A stretch of DNA of 64,000 nucleotides, from NCBI GenBank assembly GCA_963822965.1, contig CAWGJT010000001.1, positions 128,001-192,000 on the forward strand, given 5' to 3'. Shown piece by piece: positions 42,195-57,502 of the stretch. The notes beneath the pieces are model-generated. The model searched no databases. It had not been told where the DNA came from and saw only the letters and a program-made list of their open reading frames with translations. How positions within the stretch are numbered: position 1 is the first letter of the stretch; every line of letters begins with the position of its first letter. The position numbers and the translations under genes are program-made. The DNA is from an uncultured delta proteobacterium (GTDB lineage Bacteria; Myxococcota_A; UBA9160; UBA4427).

Positions 42195-43480
42195 GCCGCG
42201 ACCCGAACGAGCAGCAGAGCCCGCCCTCCCCCATGCGCATCCTCTTCATCAGCCACTACTTCCCGCCCGAGGTGAACGCGCCGGCGAGTCGTACCCACGA
42301 GCACTGTCGGGAATGGGTGCGGCAGGGGCACGAGGTCACGGTGATCACGGGGGTGCCCAACCATCCCCGCGGCGTGCTCTTCGAAGGCTATCGGAACCGG
42401 CTCCTGCAGGAGGAACGGGTGGACGGCATCCGCGTGATCCGCACCTGGATGTTCCTGTCCGCGAACGAGGGCTTCGCGCGCCGGATCGCGAACTACCTGC
42501 TCTTCGCCGTGGCCGCCGTCCTCGCGAGCTTCAAGGTTCCGCGCCCCGACCTGGTAGTCGCCACCAGCCCCCAGTTCTTCGCCGGCGTCGCGGGCATGGT
42601 GGTCTCGCGGCTGCGCCGCGCGCCCTTCGTGCTCGAGATCCGCGACCTGTGGCCCGAGTCGATCGTGCAGCTCGGCCAGATCGGACCGGGCGCCCTGCTG
42701 CGCTGCCTCGAGTGGCTGGAGACCGTTCTGTACCGGTCGGCGGCGGGCATCGTGGTCAATACCGGGACCTTCATGGACCACATCGCGGCCCGGGGAGTGC
42801 CCCGAGAGCGAATGGTGCTGGTCTACAACGGCATCGATCCGGCGCTCTTCCGCCCCCGCGCCCGGGACGACGCACTGCTGCGCAAGCACGGACTCGAGGG
42901 CAGGTACCTCGTGGCCTACATCGGAACCCTGGGCCTCGCCCACGGCGTCGCCACCCTGCTCGACGCCGCGGAGCGCCTGAAGGACCAGCCCGACGTCCAC
43001 TTCCTCATCATCGGAGACGGCGCCGCCCGCGCGAGCCTGGAAGCCGACGCGGCCCGCCGCGGCCTCTCGAACGTGACCCTCCTCGGCCTTCAGCCCCGGG
43101 CGGAGATCCCGGCGTGGATCGCGTCGATCGACCTGCTGGTGGTGCTCCTGCGCGATCTCTCGATCTTCACGTCGGTGATCCCGTCCAAGATCTTCGAGTT
43201 CTGCGCCCAGGAGCGACCCGTGATCCTGAGCACCCCGAAGGGCGAGATTCGCAGCCTGATCGAAGCCGCGGGCGCGGCGCGTTCGATCGAGCCCGAGCGA
43301 CCCGACCTGCTGGCGGAGGCCGTCCTCGCGTGCCGCCGGGAGCCCCAGGAGACCGCCGCCATGGCGCGTCGGGGCCGGGCCTGGGTCGAGGCCGGGTTCG
43401 TGCGCGACGACCTCGCAAGGCGCATGCTCTCGTTCATGGAACGTGTCGTCGCCGAGTCGTCGTCCGGGAGGATCTCGTGA
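42191..43480 (+). CDS. Glycosyltransferase family 4 (WbuB-like)
   Basis: ISHYFPPEVNAPASR, PNHPRG, EIRDLWPES, YIGTLGLAHG, VIPSKIFE. Confidence 0.9.
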   Translation: MSRDPNEQQSPPSPMRILFISHYFPPEVNAPASRTHEHCREWVRQGHEVTVITGVPNHPRGVLFEGYRNRLLQEERVDGIRVIRTWMFLSANEGFARRIANYLLFAVAAVLASFKVPRPDLVVATSPQFFAGVAGMVVSRLRRAPFVLEIRDLWPESIVQLGQIGPGALLRCLEWLETVLYRSAAGIVVNTGTFMDHIAARGVPRERMVLVYNGIDPALFRPRARDDALLRKHGLEGRYLVAYIGTLGLAHGVATLLDAAERLKDQPDVHFLIIGDGAARASLEADAARRGLSNVTLLGLQPRAEIPAWIASIDLLVVLLRDLSIFTSVIPSKIFEFCAQERPVILSTPKGEIRSLIEAAGAARSIEPERPDLLAEAVLACRREPQETAAMARRGRAWVEAGFVRDDLARRMLSFMERVVAESSSGRIS

Positions 43481-44871
43481 GGCCGATCCTCTCGACCGTC
43501 TACTCGACGCTGCCCATCGGCCTGCAGAGCCTGGCCTGCACCGCCGACGGCTATCGCCGCGCGCTGGGGAGCTTCACCCCGTACTTCCACGAGACCCTCG
43601 AGGCCTGGGAGGAGCGCATCGCCGACCCCGTCGACGACCAACGGGAACGGCAGTGGAACCTGCTGGCGCAGCTCATCGAACGAGCGCGGGAGCACGTGCC
43701 CTACTACCGCTTCTTGCCACCCGTGGTCGACACCGGCGATCCCCAGACGTCGATCCAGAAGACCCTCGCCACGATCCCGCCCCTCGAGAAGGCGGTGTAC
43801 CGTGCCCGCAGCCGCGACTTCGTCGCACGCGACGTGCCCGCACGGCGCCTGCTCCAGCGCTCCACGAGCGGTACCACCGGGACCGCCCTGCCCGTCTGGC
43901 ACACCCCCGAGCGCATCGCCGAGGGCCTGGCCGCGGTGTGGCGGCAGCGGCGGACCTTCGGCGTTCGCATCGACGACCCGGTCATCAACTTCACCGGGCA
44001 GGTCATCGTGCCCCTCCGGCAGCAGAAGCCGCCCTTCTGGCGCCACGACTATCTCTCGGGCATGACCCTCTTCTCGATGTACCACCTCTCGCCGCCAAAC
44101 CTGAGCGCCTACATCGAGGCGATCCACAGGGCTCCCGCGACGTACATCCACGGCTACCCGTCGGTACTCCACCTGGTGAGCCGCGCGATGGTGGAGGCGA
44201 ACCGCTGCATCCCGCCGGGCCAGCTCCGGGGCGTGTTCACCCACTCCGAATCGGTGCTCGCGTTCCAGCGCGAGACGATCGAGGAGGCCTTCGGGGCGCC
44301 GGTGCGAGACTACTACCACTCCACCGAGGAGACGGTCTCCATGACGGCGTGCCGCCTGAACCGTCTGCACGTCGACATGGAGTACGGCATCGTGGAGGTG
44401 GAGCCGGTCGAGGAGACCGCGGAGTACGTTCGCGGTCCGCTCCTGGTGACCGGCATCGGCTCGGTGGCCACGCCCTTCATCCGGTACCGGATCGGAGACG
44501 TGGGCACGCAGCTCAAGCAGCCCTGCGAGTGCGGACGCCCCGGGGACGTGTTCCTCGACATCGACGGCCGCATCGAGGACTACGTGGCCACGCCCGACGG
44601 TCGGCTCGTCGGGCGACTCGATCACATCTTCAAGGAGCAGTACGAGATCGAGGAGGCGCAGATCGTGCAGGAACGCGGCGACGCCATCGAGGTGCTCGTC
44701 GTCGCGGGCACTGGGTTCGGGGAGCGGGACCGGAAGAACCTCGAGCGCGAGGTGCACGCGCGGCTGGGTGAGTGCATCCGCGTCGACATCCGACTGGTAA
44801 CGACCATCGCGCGCGAGCCGAACGGGAAGTTCCGCGCGGTGAAGTCCAAGGTGGCGGGGATCGATTCGTGA
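43477..44871 (+). CDS. Phenylacetate-CoA ligase/CapK family adenylate-forming enzyme
   Basis: STSGTTG, HGYPS, YHSTE, PFIRYRIGD, IDGRIED, REPNGKFRAV. Confidence 0.85.
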   Translation: MRPILSTVYSTLPIGLQSLACTADGYRRALGSFTPYFHETLEAWEERIADPVDDQRERQWNLLAQLIERAREHVPYYRFLPPVVDTGDPQTSIQKTLATIPPLEKAVYRARSRDFVARDVPARRLLQRSTSGTTGTALPVWHTPERIAEGLAAVWRQRRTFGVRIDDPVINFTGQVIVPLRQQKPPFWRHDYLSGMTLFSMYHLSPPNLSAYIEAIHRAPATYIHGYPSVLHLVSRAMVEANRCIPPGQLRGVFTHSESVLAFQRETIEEAFGAPVRDYYHSTEETVSMTACRLNRLHVDMEYGIVEVEPVEETAEYVRGPLLVTGIGSVATPFIRYRIGDVGTQLKQPCECGRPGDVFLDIDGRIEDYVATPDGRLVGRLDHIFKEQYEIEEAQIVQERGDAIEVLVVAGTGFGERDRKNLEREVHARLGECIRVDIRLVTTIAREPNGKFRAVKSKVAGIDS

Positions 44872-46358
44872 TCCGCGCCGCCCTCGCCCGCACCGCCGCC
44901 AGCTACGAGGGCCTCGAGGCGCCCTGGGCGCCGGACACCGCGTACCCCGAGCTCTCGGCGCTCTACGGCGACGCCCTGCGGACCGGTCCCCCGAACCCGG
45001 CCTACGCGGGGGTGCGCGCCGCGCTGCACGCGCTCGGGCTCGATCAGGCGCGCTTCGGCACCCGCGAATGGAACCCCCTGGGCGACCTGGTGCCCCGCGG
45101 CGGCACGATCGTCCTCAAGCCCAACTTCATCCGCCACTGGAACCCGCTGGAGGAAGAAGGCGTGGCCTGCGTGATCACCCACGGCGCCGTGCTGCGAGCC
45201 GCCGTCGACTACGCGGCGATCGCGGCGGGTAGCGAGGGACGGGTGACCGTCGCCGAGGCGCCGCAGATGGACTGCGATTGGGACCGCATCCGGGAGATCG
45301 CCGGCCTCGACCGGCTGGTGGCGGAGCTGGCGTCGGCGGGTCGCGCGCTGCGCGTCGTCGACCTGCGTCGCGAGGCGGCCACGTTCCAGGACGGCATCGT
45401 CGCCTCCCGCAGGGCGCTCCCGGGCGACCCCGCGGGCTATCGCGTGGTGGAGCTGGGGGAGGAGAGCTTCTTCGCGGGCTCCGGACTCGATCCGGCGCGC
45501 ATGCGGGGCGCGGACTACGACCCGGGACCCACCACGCAGCACCACCAGGACGGGCGCAACGACTACCTGCTCTCGGAGACGGTGCTGTCCGCCGATCTGG
45601 TGGTGAACCTCCCGAAGGTCAAGACGCACAAGAAGACGGGCGTGACCCTCTCCCAGAAGAATCTCGTGGGCATCAACGGCGACAAGAACTGGCTGCCGCA
45701 CCACTGCGTCGGGACCGCGCACGAAGGCGGGGACGAGTTTCCGGCGGCCCGCCTGGTCGACCGCCTGCGCAGCCGCGCCACCGAATGGGCGCGTCCGCGG
45801 CTCCAGCAGGGCAAGGGCGTACGGCTCTTCCGGTGGGTGCGGCGGGCCGAGAAGGCCACCCGGGGAGACGACTTCATCCGCGCCGGAAACTGGTACGGAA
45901 ACCGGACCACGTGGCGGATGTGCCTCGACCTGAACCGCTGCTTCCTCTACAGCGACGCCAAGGGGCTGCACCTCGACGCGCCGCGCCCCGTGCGCAAGGC
46001 GCTGCACCTGCTCGACGGAATCGTCGCGGGCGAGGACAACGGGCCCCTCGCACCCCGCGCCCGCCCGCTGGGCGCGGTGATCGCCTCCACCGACCCGGTC
46101 GCGGCCGATCTCGTGGCCGTCCGCCTGATGGGATTCGACGAGGAGCAGCTCCCGATCCTGCGCGAAGCCATGCACGAGCTCGAGTGCCCCATCACCGCCG
46201 TCCGGGACGGAGCGGACGTGGAGGTGATGGAGATCGACGCCCGGGCGGGATCCGCGGCAGGCGCGCCGGTCGCGCGCCGCCTGAATCAGATCGAAGCGCC
46301 GCAGCCCTTCGTGGCCCACCCGGGCTGGCGGGGCCGCATCGAGAGGGCCAGACGATGA
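44868..46358 (+). CDS. DUF362 domain protein (predicted Fe-S/metal-binding)
   Basis: IVLKPN, VITHG, VNLPKVKTHKKTGVTLSQKNLVG, DGIVAGEDNGP, STDPVAAD. Confidence 0.82.
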   Translation: MIRAALARTAASYEGLEAPWAPDTAYPELSALYGDALRTGPPNPAYAGVRAALHALGLDQARFGTREWNPLGDLVPRGGTIVLKPNFIRHWNPLEEEGVACVITHGAVLRAAVDYAAIAAGSEGRVTVAEAPQMDCDWDRIREIAGLDRLVAELASAGRALRVVDLRREAATFQDGIVASRRALPGDPAGYRVVELGEESFFAGSGLDPARMRGADYDPGPTTQHHQDGRNDYLLSETVLSADLVVNLPKVKTHKKTGVTLSQKNLVGINGDKNWLPHHCVGTAHEGGDEFPAARLVDRLRSRATEWARPRLQQGKGVRLFRWVRRAEKATRGDDFIRAGNWYGNRTTWRMCLDLNRCFLYSDAKGLHLDAPRPVRKALHLLDGIVAGEDNGPLAPRARPLGAVIASTDPVAADLVAVRLMGFDEEQLPILREAMHELECPITAVRDGADVEVMEIDARAGSAAGAPVARRLNQIEAPQPFVAHPGWRGRIERARR

Positions 46359-48493
46359 AGCAGATCCTGCAGAGTGCGCGATCGGGCGAGCTCGAGCTGC
46401 TCGAGGTCCCGGCGCCGATGCCCCTGCGCGGGCAGGTTCTCGTGCGCAACCACTTCTCCGTGATGTCGCCGGGAACCGATCGCCTCTCGATGGCCTTCGC
46501 GCGCAGTTCGCTCTTCTCGAAAGCGCGTTCGCGGCCCGACCTGGTGAAACAGGTCGTCAGCAAGTGGAAGTCCGACGGCGCCCTCGCGACCTACCGCACC
46601 GTGACCACGCGACTCGACACCCCCCAGCCCCTCGGATACTCGTCCGCCGGCGTGGTCGAGGCGGTCGGGCCCGGCGTCACGAACTTCGCGCCCGGCGACC
46701 GCGTCGCCTGTGCGGGCGCGGGCTACGCGAACCACGCGGAGCTGGTCTGCGTGCCCGAAAACCTGGTGGCACCCGTCCCCGCGGCCGTACCCCTCGATCA
46801 GGCGGCGTTCGCGACGATGGGCGCGATCGCGCTGCAGAGCGTGCGCGTCGCCGAGCCGACCCTCGGCGAGGCGGCCGCCGTCGTCGGCCTCGGCCTGATC
46901 GGACAGCTCGGCGTCCAGCTCCTCCGCGCGAACGGCTGCCGGGTGCTGGGACTCGACCTCAACGCACGCCGGGCCAAGCAGGCCCTCGACCAGGGCGCCG
47001 AGTGGGCCGAGACGCCGGGCTCGCTGCCGAGCACGTGGAAGGAGGAGGCGACGGGCGGCCACGGCGTCGATCTCGCGCTGGTCGCGGCCTCCGCGTCCAC
47101 CTCGGCGCCCCTGCAGCTGGCCGCTCAGCTCTGTCGGCACAAGGGCCGGCTGGCGGTCGTGGGCGCCATGCCCCTCGAGATCGAGCGCCGCTCCATGTAC
47201 GACAAGGAGCTCGACCTGCGCATGAGCATGTCGTACGGACCCGGCCGCTACGACCGCAGCTACGAGGAGCTCGGAAACGACTACCCCCTGCCCTACGTGC
47301 GCTGGACCGAGAACCGCAACCTGCGCGCCTTCCTCGCCCTCATCAACTCGGGCAGCCTGCACATCGACCGGCTGGACACCCGGCTCGCGAGCTTCGACGA
47401 AGCCGTACCCGCGTACGAAGAGCTCGTCTCGGGGAAGTCGGAGAGCCTCGCCGTGGTCTTCCGATACGACGCGGAGGCGTCCACCGAACGGACGGTCTCG
47501 CTGCCCGCCCCGCGAAGGCGGCCCGCGTCCGACGTACTGGGCGTCTCGTTCGTCGGCGCCGGCAACTACGCCAAGGCCCTGCTCCTGCCGTTGCTGGATC
47601 GTCGCAACGACATCCACCGGCTGACCCTCGTGACCGCGACGGGAGCTTCCGCACGGCGAACCGCCGAGAAGTTCGGCTTCAGCGGCTGCGGCACGAACCC
47701 CGAAGCGGTCTTCAAGGACCCGAACGTGGGGCTGGTCTTCATCGCCACCCGACACGATACCCACGTCCCCCTCGCCCTGCGGGCGATGGATTCCGGCAAG
47801 GCCGTGTGGCTCGAGAAGCCGGTGGCCCTCACCCCGGAAGACCTGGAGCGGGTGACGCGGCGGGTCGTCGATCGCGGCGCCTTCCTGGCCGTGGGCTACA
47901 ACCGCCGCTTCTCCTCCCACGTGCGCGAGATCGATCGCTTCTTCGCCAATCGATCGGGCCCCCTCTCCATTCACTACAGCGTCGCGGCCGGACCGCCGCC
48001 ACGAGACACCTGGAGCATGGACCCGGAGGAAGGAGGCGGACGGGTGATCGGCGAGATCTGCCACTTCGTGGACGTCGCAAACCACCTGGTGGGGCAGCTG
48101 TGCAAGACGGTCTACGCGCGCTTCCTTGCGACCGACTCGGACGTGGACGACTCGCTGCTCTCGGTGCTCGTGTATCCCGATGGCTCGATCTGCACGCTGG
48201 AGTATCTCGCCCACTCGGACCCCGGTCTCCCCAAGGAGCGCTTCGAGGTCTCGGGCGAGGGGCGCACGGCGCGGTGCACGAACTTCCGCACGACCGAGCT
48301 CTCCGGCCGCCGCACGTTCCGCAGCCTCTCTCAGGACAAGGGACAGGCGACGGAGATCCGCGAGGTGGTGAACGCCGTGCAGAAGGGCGATCCCTCTCCC
48401 TTCACGCTGGACGAGATCGTCAACGTCTCCCGCGTGACGTTCGCGATGCTCGAGTCGGCGGCCACCGGCGCGCCCATCGCCATCGAACGCTGA
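46355..48493 (+). CDS. Bi-domain oxidoreductase (zinc-type dehydrogenase fused to Gfo/Idh/MocA)
   Basis: SPGTD, PLGYSSAG, GLGLIGQL, SYGPGRYD, YVRWTENRN; second domain VGAGNYA, IATRHDTH, EKP, GYNRRFS, GEICHFVD. Confidence 0.9.
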   Translation: MKQILQSARSGELELLEVPAPMPLRGQVLVRNHFSVMSPGTDRLSMAFARSSLFSKARSRPDLVKQVVSKWKSDGALATYRTVTTRLDTPQPLGYSSAGVVEAVGPGVTNFAPGDRVACAGAGYANHAELVCVPENLVAPVPAAVPLDQAAFATMGAIALQSVRVAEPTLGEAAAVVGLGLIGQLGVQLLRANGCRVLGLDLNARRAKQALDQGAEWAETPGSLPSTWKEEATGGHGVDLALVAASASTSAPLQLAAQLCRHKGRLAVVGAMPLEIERRSMYDKELDLRMSMSYGPGRYDRSYEELGNDYPLPYVRWTENRNLRAFLALINSGSLHIDRLDTRLASFDEAVPAYEELVSGKSESLAVVFRYDAEASTERTVSLPAPRRRPASDVLGVSFVGAGNYAKALLLPLLDRRNDIHRLTLVTATGASARRTAEKFGFSGCGTNPEAVFKDPNVGLVFIATRHDTHVPLALRAMDSGKAVWLEKPVALTPEDLERVTRRVVDRGAFLAVGYNRRFSSHVREIDRFFANRSGPLSIHYSVAAGPPPRDTWSMDPEEGGGRVIGEICHFVDVANHLVGQLCKTVYARFLATDSDVDDSLLSVLVYPDGSICTLEYLAHSDPGLPKERFEVSGEGRTARCTNFRTTELSGRRTFRSLSQDKGQATEIREVVNAVQKGDPSPFTLDEIVNVSRVTFAMLESAATGAPIAIER

Positions 48494-48577
48494 GCGGACG
48501 CACGCGGACGGATCCCCCGGATCCGAAGGCGCTGCCCATCCGCTCCGCCCTGGCCTTGCGGAAGGCGGCCGGCGCCG

Positions 48578-49969
48578 TCAGAGGCTTCGGGCCAGCCCCG
48601 GGGAGGGCGGGGGCCTGCGAGCGCTGGCGGCGCGCTGCTCCTCGAGCCTCTCGCGCATTTGCCTGGAACGGGCGGCCAGGGAGCAGGCTTCGAGGGCGAC
48701 GGCGAAGGCGGCGGTCAGCCAGAAGTAGCGCTCCCACAGGTAGTCGTTGCCCACGTTGTGCACGAGCTGGGCAACGAGCCCGCAGAAGAAGTATGGGCGC
48801 CAGAACTCCAGCTCGGGCGAGAGGTGCCCCACCTTCACCAGGCTTCGCCGCACGACCGCGAAGAGCCAGATCATCAGGGGGACGAACCCGAGCAGCCCCG
48901 TCTCCGCGAGCACCCTCAGGTAGGCGTTGTGGGCGCTCTTGCCACCCACCCGGACGTACTCGGGGGAGTACTCCGTGAACTTTCCCCAACCCACCCCGAT
49001 GAAGGGATGCTGCGCCCAGATCTTGAAGGCTGCGACGACCCGCTCGAGGCGGCCGCCGGCGCTTCCCGTGAAGTGCCTCGCGTCGAAGCGCTGGGCGATC
49101 GCCTGGTCCGCCGAGGTCAGCGACAGGCCGTACCAGGCCGGCCCGGCAAGCAGCCCGATGACGAGCACCACGCCCGCCACCTGCCGGATCGAGAGACGCA
49201 GGGCCATGGGAAGCATGACCAGCACCCCGGCTCCCATCGCCAGGATGCCGGCGCGTGAAATGGTGAAGAGCTCGCCCAGCACGAGCACGGTCGTCGACGC
49301 CGCCGCGAAAGCACGCTGGAAGGTGGACCGCACCGACATGAACCAGCCGACGCCGAGAAAGATGACGAGAAGGAGATAGTTCGCGAAGCGGTTCACCGGA
49401 TACCCGACGCCCGTGAACCGCCACTGGGATACCTCGTAGGACCGGAACTCCGTGTCGAGGGCGGCGCCCCCCATCCTCCCGGCGTGCAGCGGGAGCAGGT
49501 GGATGCCCAGATAGAAGTCGATCATCGAGAGCAGCGTGAAGAAGGCCATCGAGAAGACCAGCGTCTTCACGAGGAGTGGCAGGTAGCGCGTCTCGCGGAA
49601 CGAGTAGGCGAAGAGGCTCATCAGGATGAAGAGCGTCGCCTTGCGGAGCCAGTCGTAGATCTGGGTCACGCCGAGGTCGACGACCGATGTGGCGTGGGCA
49701 TAGAGAAGCGCGACGATCAGCAGCGCGGCGAGCTGCTGGATGCGGGTCCCGAAGAAGGCGTGCCCCCAGCGGCCGGGATGCACCTTGACGAGGAAGATCA
49801 GGATCGGGATGAAGGTGATGGCGTTGCCGATCACCCCGAAGAGATTGTACGGGATGGCATCGAAGGGGGTCTCCATAGCGAGCATCAGCACGGGCCCGAT
49901 GGGGTGGGCAAATGCGATCGCCGTCAACACAACGCCCGCAACCAGTGCTGCGATGATGCTGCCGTTCAC
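48578..49969 (-). CDS. O-antigen ligase/Wzy polymerase family membrane protein
   Basis: Many TM segments; RFTG...NRFA, TISRAG, HPFIGVGWG, AHNAYLRVLAETGLLG. Confidence 0.85.
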   Translation of the reverse strand: MNGSIIAALVAGVVLTAIAFAHPIGPVLMLAMETPFDAIPYNLFGVIGNAITFIPILIFLVKVHPGRWGHAFFGTRIQQLAALLIVALLYAHATSVVDLGVTQIYDWLRKATLFILMSLFAYSFRETRYLPLLVKTLVFSMAFFTLLSMIDFYLGIHLLPLHAGRMGGAALDTEFRSYEVSQWRFTGVGYPVNRFANYLLLVIFLGVGWFMSVRSTFQRAFAAASTTVLVLGELFTISRAGILAMGAGVLVMLPMALRLSIRQVAGVVLVIGLLAGPAWYGLSLTSADQAIAQRFDARHFTGSAGGRLERVVAAFKIWAQHPFIGVGWGKFTEYSPEYVRVGGKSAHNAYLRVLAETGLLGFVPLMIWLFAVVRRSLVKVGHLSPELEFWRPYFFCGLVAQLVHNVGNDYLWERYFWLTAAFAVALEACSLAARSRQMRERLEEQRAASARRPPPSPGLARSL

Positions 49970-50072
49970 GACTCCCTCTCCATCCCTGCAGACGGGACGA
50001 GGCGCTCGGACCGTCGCCACTCGCCGCGGACCCTTCCGGAGGGGATTGCCGCGGCGAAACCCGCGGACGGAG

Positions 50073-54885
<4,813 letters not shown>

Positions 54886-54921
54886 CCCGAAGCGGGCCAC
54901 CGCCGGCGCGCCGGGGATCGA

Positions 54922-56616
54922 TCAGGAGGCCGGTGAGACGGGCTCGGGAACGAAGCGCCAGGTTCCGCGCCGGAAGGCGTCGCTCTCGCCCACCAGGCAC
55001 CAGCGCCACGCCACGCGACCGAACTCCGGGTACGCCTCTGCGGGCTCCAGACGCCAGCGCACCTCGCCCGTGTCCGGCAACGTCACCCGCAGCGCGCTCC
55101 GCCCGCCCCCCACCCAGAGGCTCCGCGCCGCACCGGGCTCGCCCTCGAGGCGGGCGCGGCGTCCCGGGGCGAGGGGCAGCGTGAGGCGCACGGCGGCCCC
55201 ACCCTCGATCACCTCGTGCACCAGCAGCGCGCCCTCGGAGAGCTCGAAGCGGCGCCGGTGCACGACGTCGCGCGTGTCCCAGCCGATGCACTCCGCCTCG
55301 CACGCGACACCCGGCTCGTAGTCGAGCACGCCCACGATGGGCCGGCCTCCCACCCGGTGGGCCGCCCAGATCTCCGCCTGCTCCTCGCCATCGACCTCGA
55401 CGGTGGCGTGGCTTCGCGTGGCGCGAGAGGCGTCCCGACGTCTGCCGGGGACGTACTCGAACACCCCCGGATCCGTGACGACGCGCTCACCGTCGACCGA
55501 CAGCTCGAAGGACAGCGCGTCGCAGTGGGCGTGACCGGGCTGGTGCTCGGGGGCGGGACCGGCGACGGACACGATCCCGTGGAGCCGCTCGTCCGCGAGC
55601 CGCACGAAGCCCCCTCCCGCGAGACGGCCGGCCGGCTCCGGGGACACCACGGGAACGCCGAGCGCACCGGCGTAGTCGGCCAGCCGGGCGGGCCGCTGGG
55701 CGATGCCCAGGGCCGAGTCCGAGAAGAGCGCGATCTCGCCGTCGGGGTGCGTCCAGAGCTCGAGCGCCCCCGCCATGCGGGCGGCCGCGTCCACCAGCTC
55801 GTCCACCAGGCCGACCGGGACGCCGGCCGGGCGCGCACGGGCCAGGTTCAGCAGGTCGAGCACCTGCTCGAGCAGCAGCGCGTGATACATCGGGCTTCGC
55901 TCTTCGTGGCTGCCGTCCCGGTGCAGCTGGTCCCGAAGCTCCGCCCGGAAGGCGTCGCTGCGCTCGAGCCAGCGCGCCGCGGCCGGGCCTTCGAAGAGCA
56001 GACCGCCGAACACCAGGGCGAGCAGGTTGGAGAAGAGGTGATTCGCCTGAAGCCGGACCTCGAGACGAGCAGCCAGCGTATCGAGCTGGCTTGCCAGGGA
56101 GCCGCGGACGCGCCCGGATCCCTCGTCGACCAGGGTCAGGGCACCCGGCGTGAGCAGCAGCTTCCCCCACGCGAGCACGCGATGGGAGATGGGGTGCGGA
56201 TCCCAGCCGATGCCCCGGGGATGAGCCTCGATCCAGTCGAGCATGAGCTCCGCCCGCGCGAGCGGCGAGAGCCCAGGGCTCCGGGCGTGGTCGAAGTGGT
56301 GCAGGTGGTAGGAGAAGAGCGGCCCCTCCGCGTCGTAGTCCCAGTCGACACCGTCGTGGAACAGCACCTCGCGGTTGAGCAGGCGGACCGCCGTGTCCCG
56401 GCCCCGGCAGATGCACCGCGCGTGCCGCGGCGGCGGCAGGAACGGCACGGACGCCTGCTCGACCGCCAGGGGGGGCGGATCGCCGGAGAAGACCCGCGGC
56501 GCCCCCAAGCCGGGCGCGAGGGCATGGCGAAGCTGCGCCAGCGCCTGGCTCGGGCGCAGATGGCGCAGCGTGCGAAGCGCCCGCGCGGCATTCGAGAGAG
56601 CGGAACGGCCGCTCAC
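54922..56616 (-). CDS. Heparinase II/III family protein
   Basis: LFSYHLHHFD, GWDPHP, ANHLFSN, DGSHEERSPMYH, HAHCDALSFELS, DPGVFEY, RATRSHAT. Confidence 0.85.
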   Translation of the reverse strand: MSGRSALSNAARALRTLRHLRPSQALAQLRHALAPGLGAPRVFSGDPPPLAVEQASVPFLPPPRHARCICRGRDTAVRLLNREVLFHDGVDWDYDAEGPLFSYHLHHFDHARSPGLSPLARAELMLDWIEAHPRGIGWDPHPISHRVLAWGKLLLTPGALTLVDEGSGRVRGSLASQLDTLAARLEVRLQANHLFSNLLALVFGGLLFEGPAAARWLERSDAFRAELRDQLHRDGSHEERSPMYHALLLEQVLDLLNLARARPAGVPVGLVDELVDAAARMAGALELWTHPDGEIALFSDSALGIAQRPARLADYAGALGVPVVSPEPAGRLAGGGFVRLADERLHGIVSVAGPAPEHQPGHAHCDALSFELSVDGERVVTDPGVFEYVPGRRRDASRATRSHATVEVDGEEQAEIWAAHRVGGRPIVGVLDYEPGVACEAECIGWDTRDVVHRRRFELSEGALLVHEVIEGGAAVRLTLPLAPGRRARLEGEPGAARSLWVGGGRSALRVTLPDTGEVRWRLEPAEAYPEFGRVAWRWCLVGESDAFRRGTWRFVPEPVSPAS

Positions 56617-57449
56617 GCTTCCTCCTGGAGCGCGACGGCCCGGGCGTACAGATCGCGCTTCGGGCGGCCCGTCGAGGCCGCGAGACGCGCCGCGATCTCC
56701 TTCGGACGCAGCCCGGCGGCGCACAGGTCGCGGATCCGTTCATCGAGGGTCGCGTCGTCGACCTCGTTCGCCGTCTCGCCCGCCGGCGCGCCGGCGACCA
56801 CCAGCGTGATCTCACCCAGGGTGCCCTCCGCGAAGACCCGCGCCAGCTCGGACAGCGTCCCGCGACGGGCTTCCTCGTGGACCTTCGTCAGCTCGCGAGC
56901 CACGCAGGCCGGTCGCTCTCCCAGGGCTTCGGCGAGCTCGGCCAGGGTCTTCCCCAGCCGTTTCGGCGACTCGAAGAGCACCAGGGTCTCGGGCCGTGCG
57001 CGGAAGCCCGCGAGCAGCGCGCGGCGCGCCCCCGCGCGCCGGGGCAGGAAGCCCAGGAACGAGAACGGCTGGGCGGGCAGGCCCGAGACCGCGAGAGCGG
57101 CCAGCACCGCGGACGGTCCCGGCACCGCCTCGACCCGATGGCCGGCGCCGATCGCGGCCGCGACCAGCCGCTCCCCCGGGTCGGACACGAGGGGCGTCCC
57201 GGCGTCGGAGACCAGGGCCACCCGCCCGCCCCCGGCCAGCGCCGACAGCGCCCGCTCGATCCGCGACTCTTCGTTGTGGGCGTGCAGCGACAGGGGACGG
57301 GCGGCGATGCGGTGTCGCTCGAGCAGGATGCGGGTGCGCCGCGTGTCCTCGGCGAACACCAGGTCTGCCTCGGCGAGGACGCGCAGGGCCCGCAGGCTGA
57401 CGTCTTCCAGGTTGCCGATCGGCGTGGCCACCACGTGGAGGGTCCCCAT
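56613..57449 (-). CDS. rsmI: 16S rRNA (cytidine(1402)-2'-O)-methyltransferase
   Basis: VVATPIGNLED, AEDTR, VSDAGTPLVSDPG, FESPKRL, ARELTKVHEE. Confidence 0.95.
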   Translation of the reverse strand: MGTLHVVATPIGNLEDVSLRALRVLAEADLVFAEDTRRTRILLERHRIAARPLSLHAHNEESRIERALSALAGGGRVALVSDAGTPLVSDPGERLVAAAIGAGHRVEAVPGPSAVLAALAVSGLPAQPFSFLGFLPRRAGARRALLAGFRARPETLVLFESPKRLGKTLAELAEALGERPACVARELTKVHEEARRGTLSELARVFAEGTLGEITLVVAGAPAGETANEVDDATLDERIRDLCAAGLRPKEIAARLAASTGRPKRDLYARAVALQEEA

Positions 57450-57502
57450 CGTCCCCCTGCTACCCTACGGACTTCTCCCGGTCCCGCGGAGAACCCAGGG
57501 CC

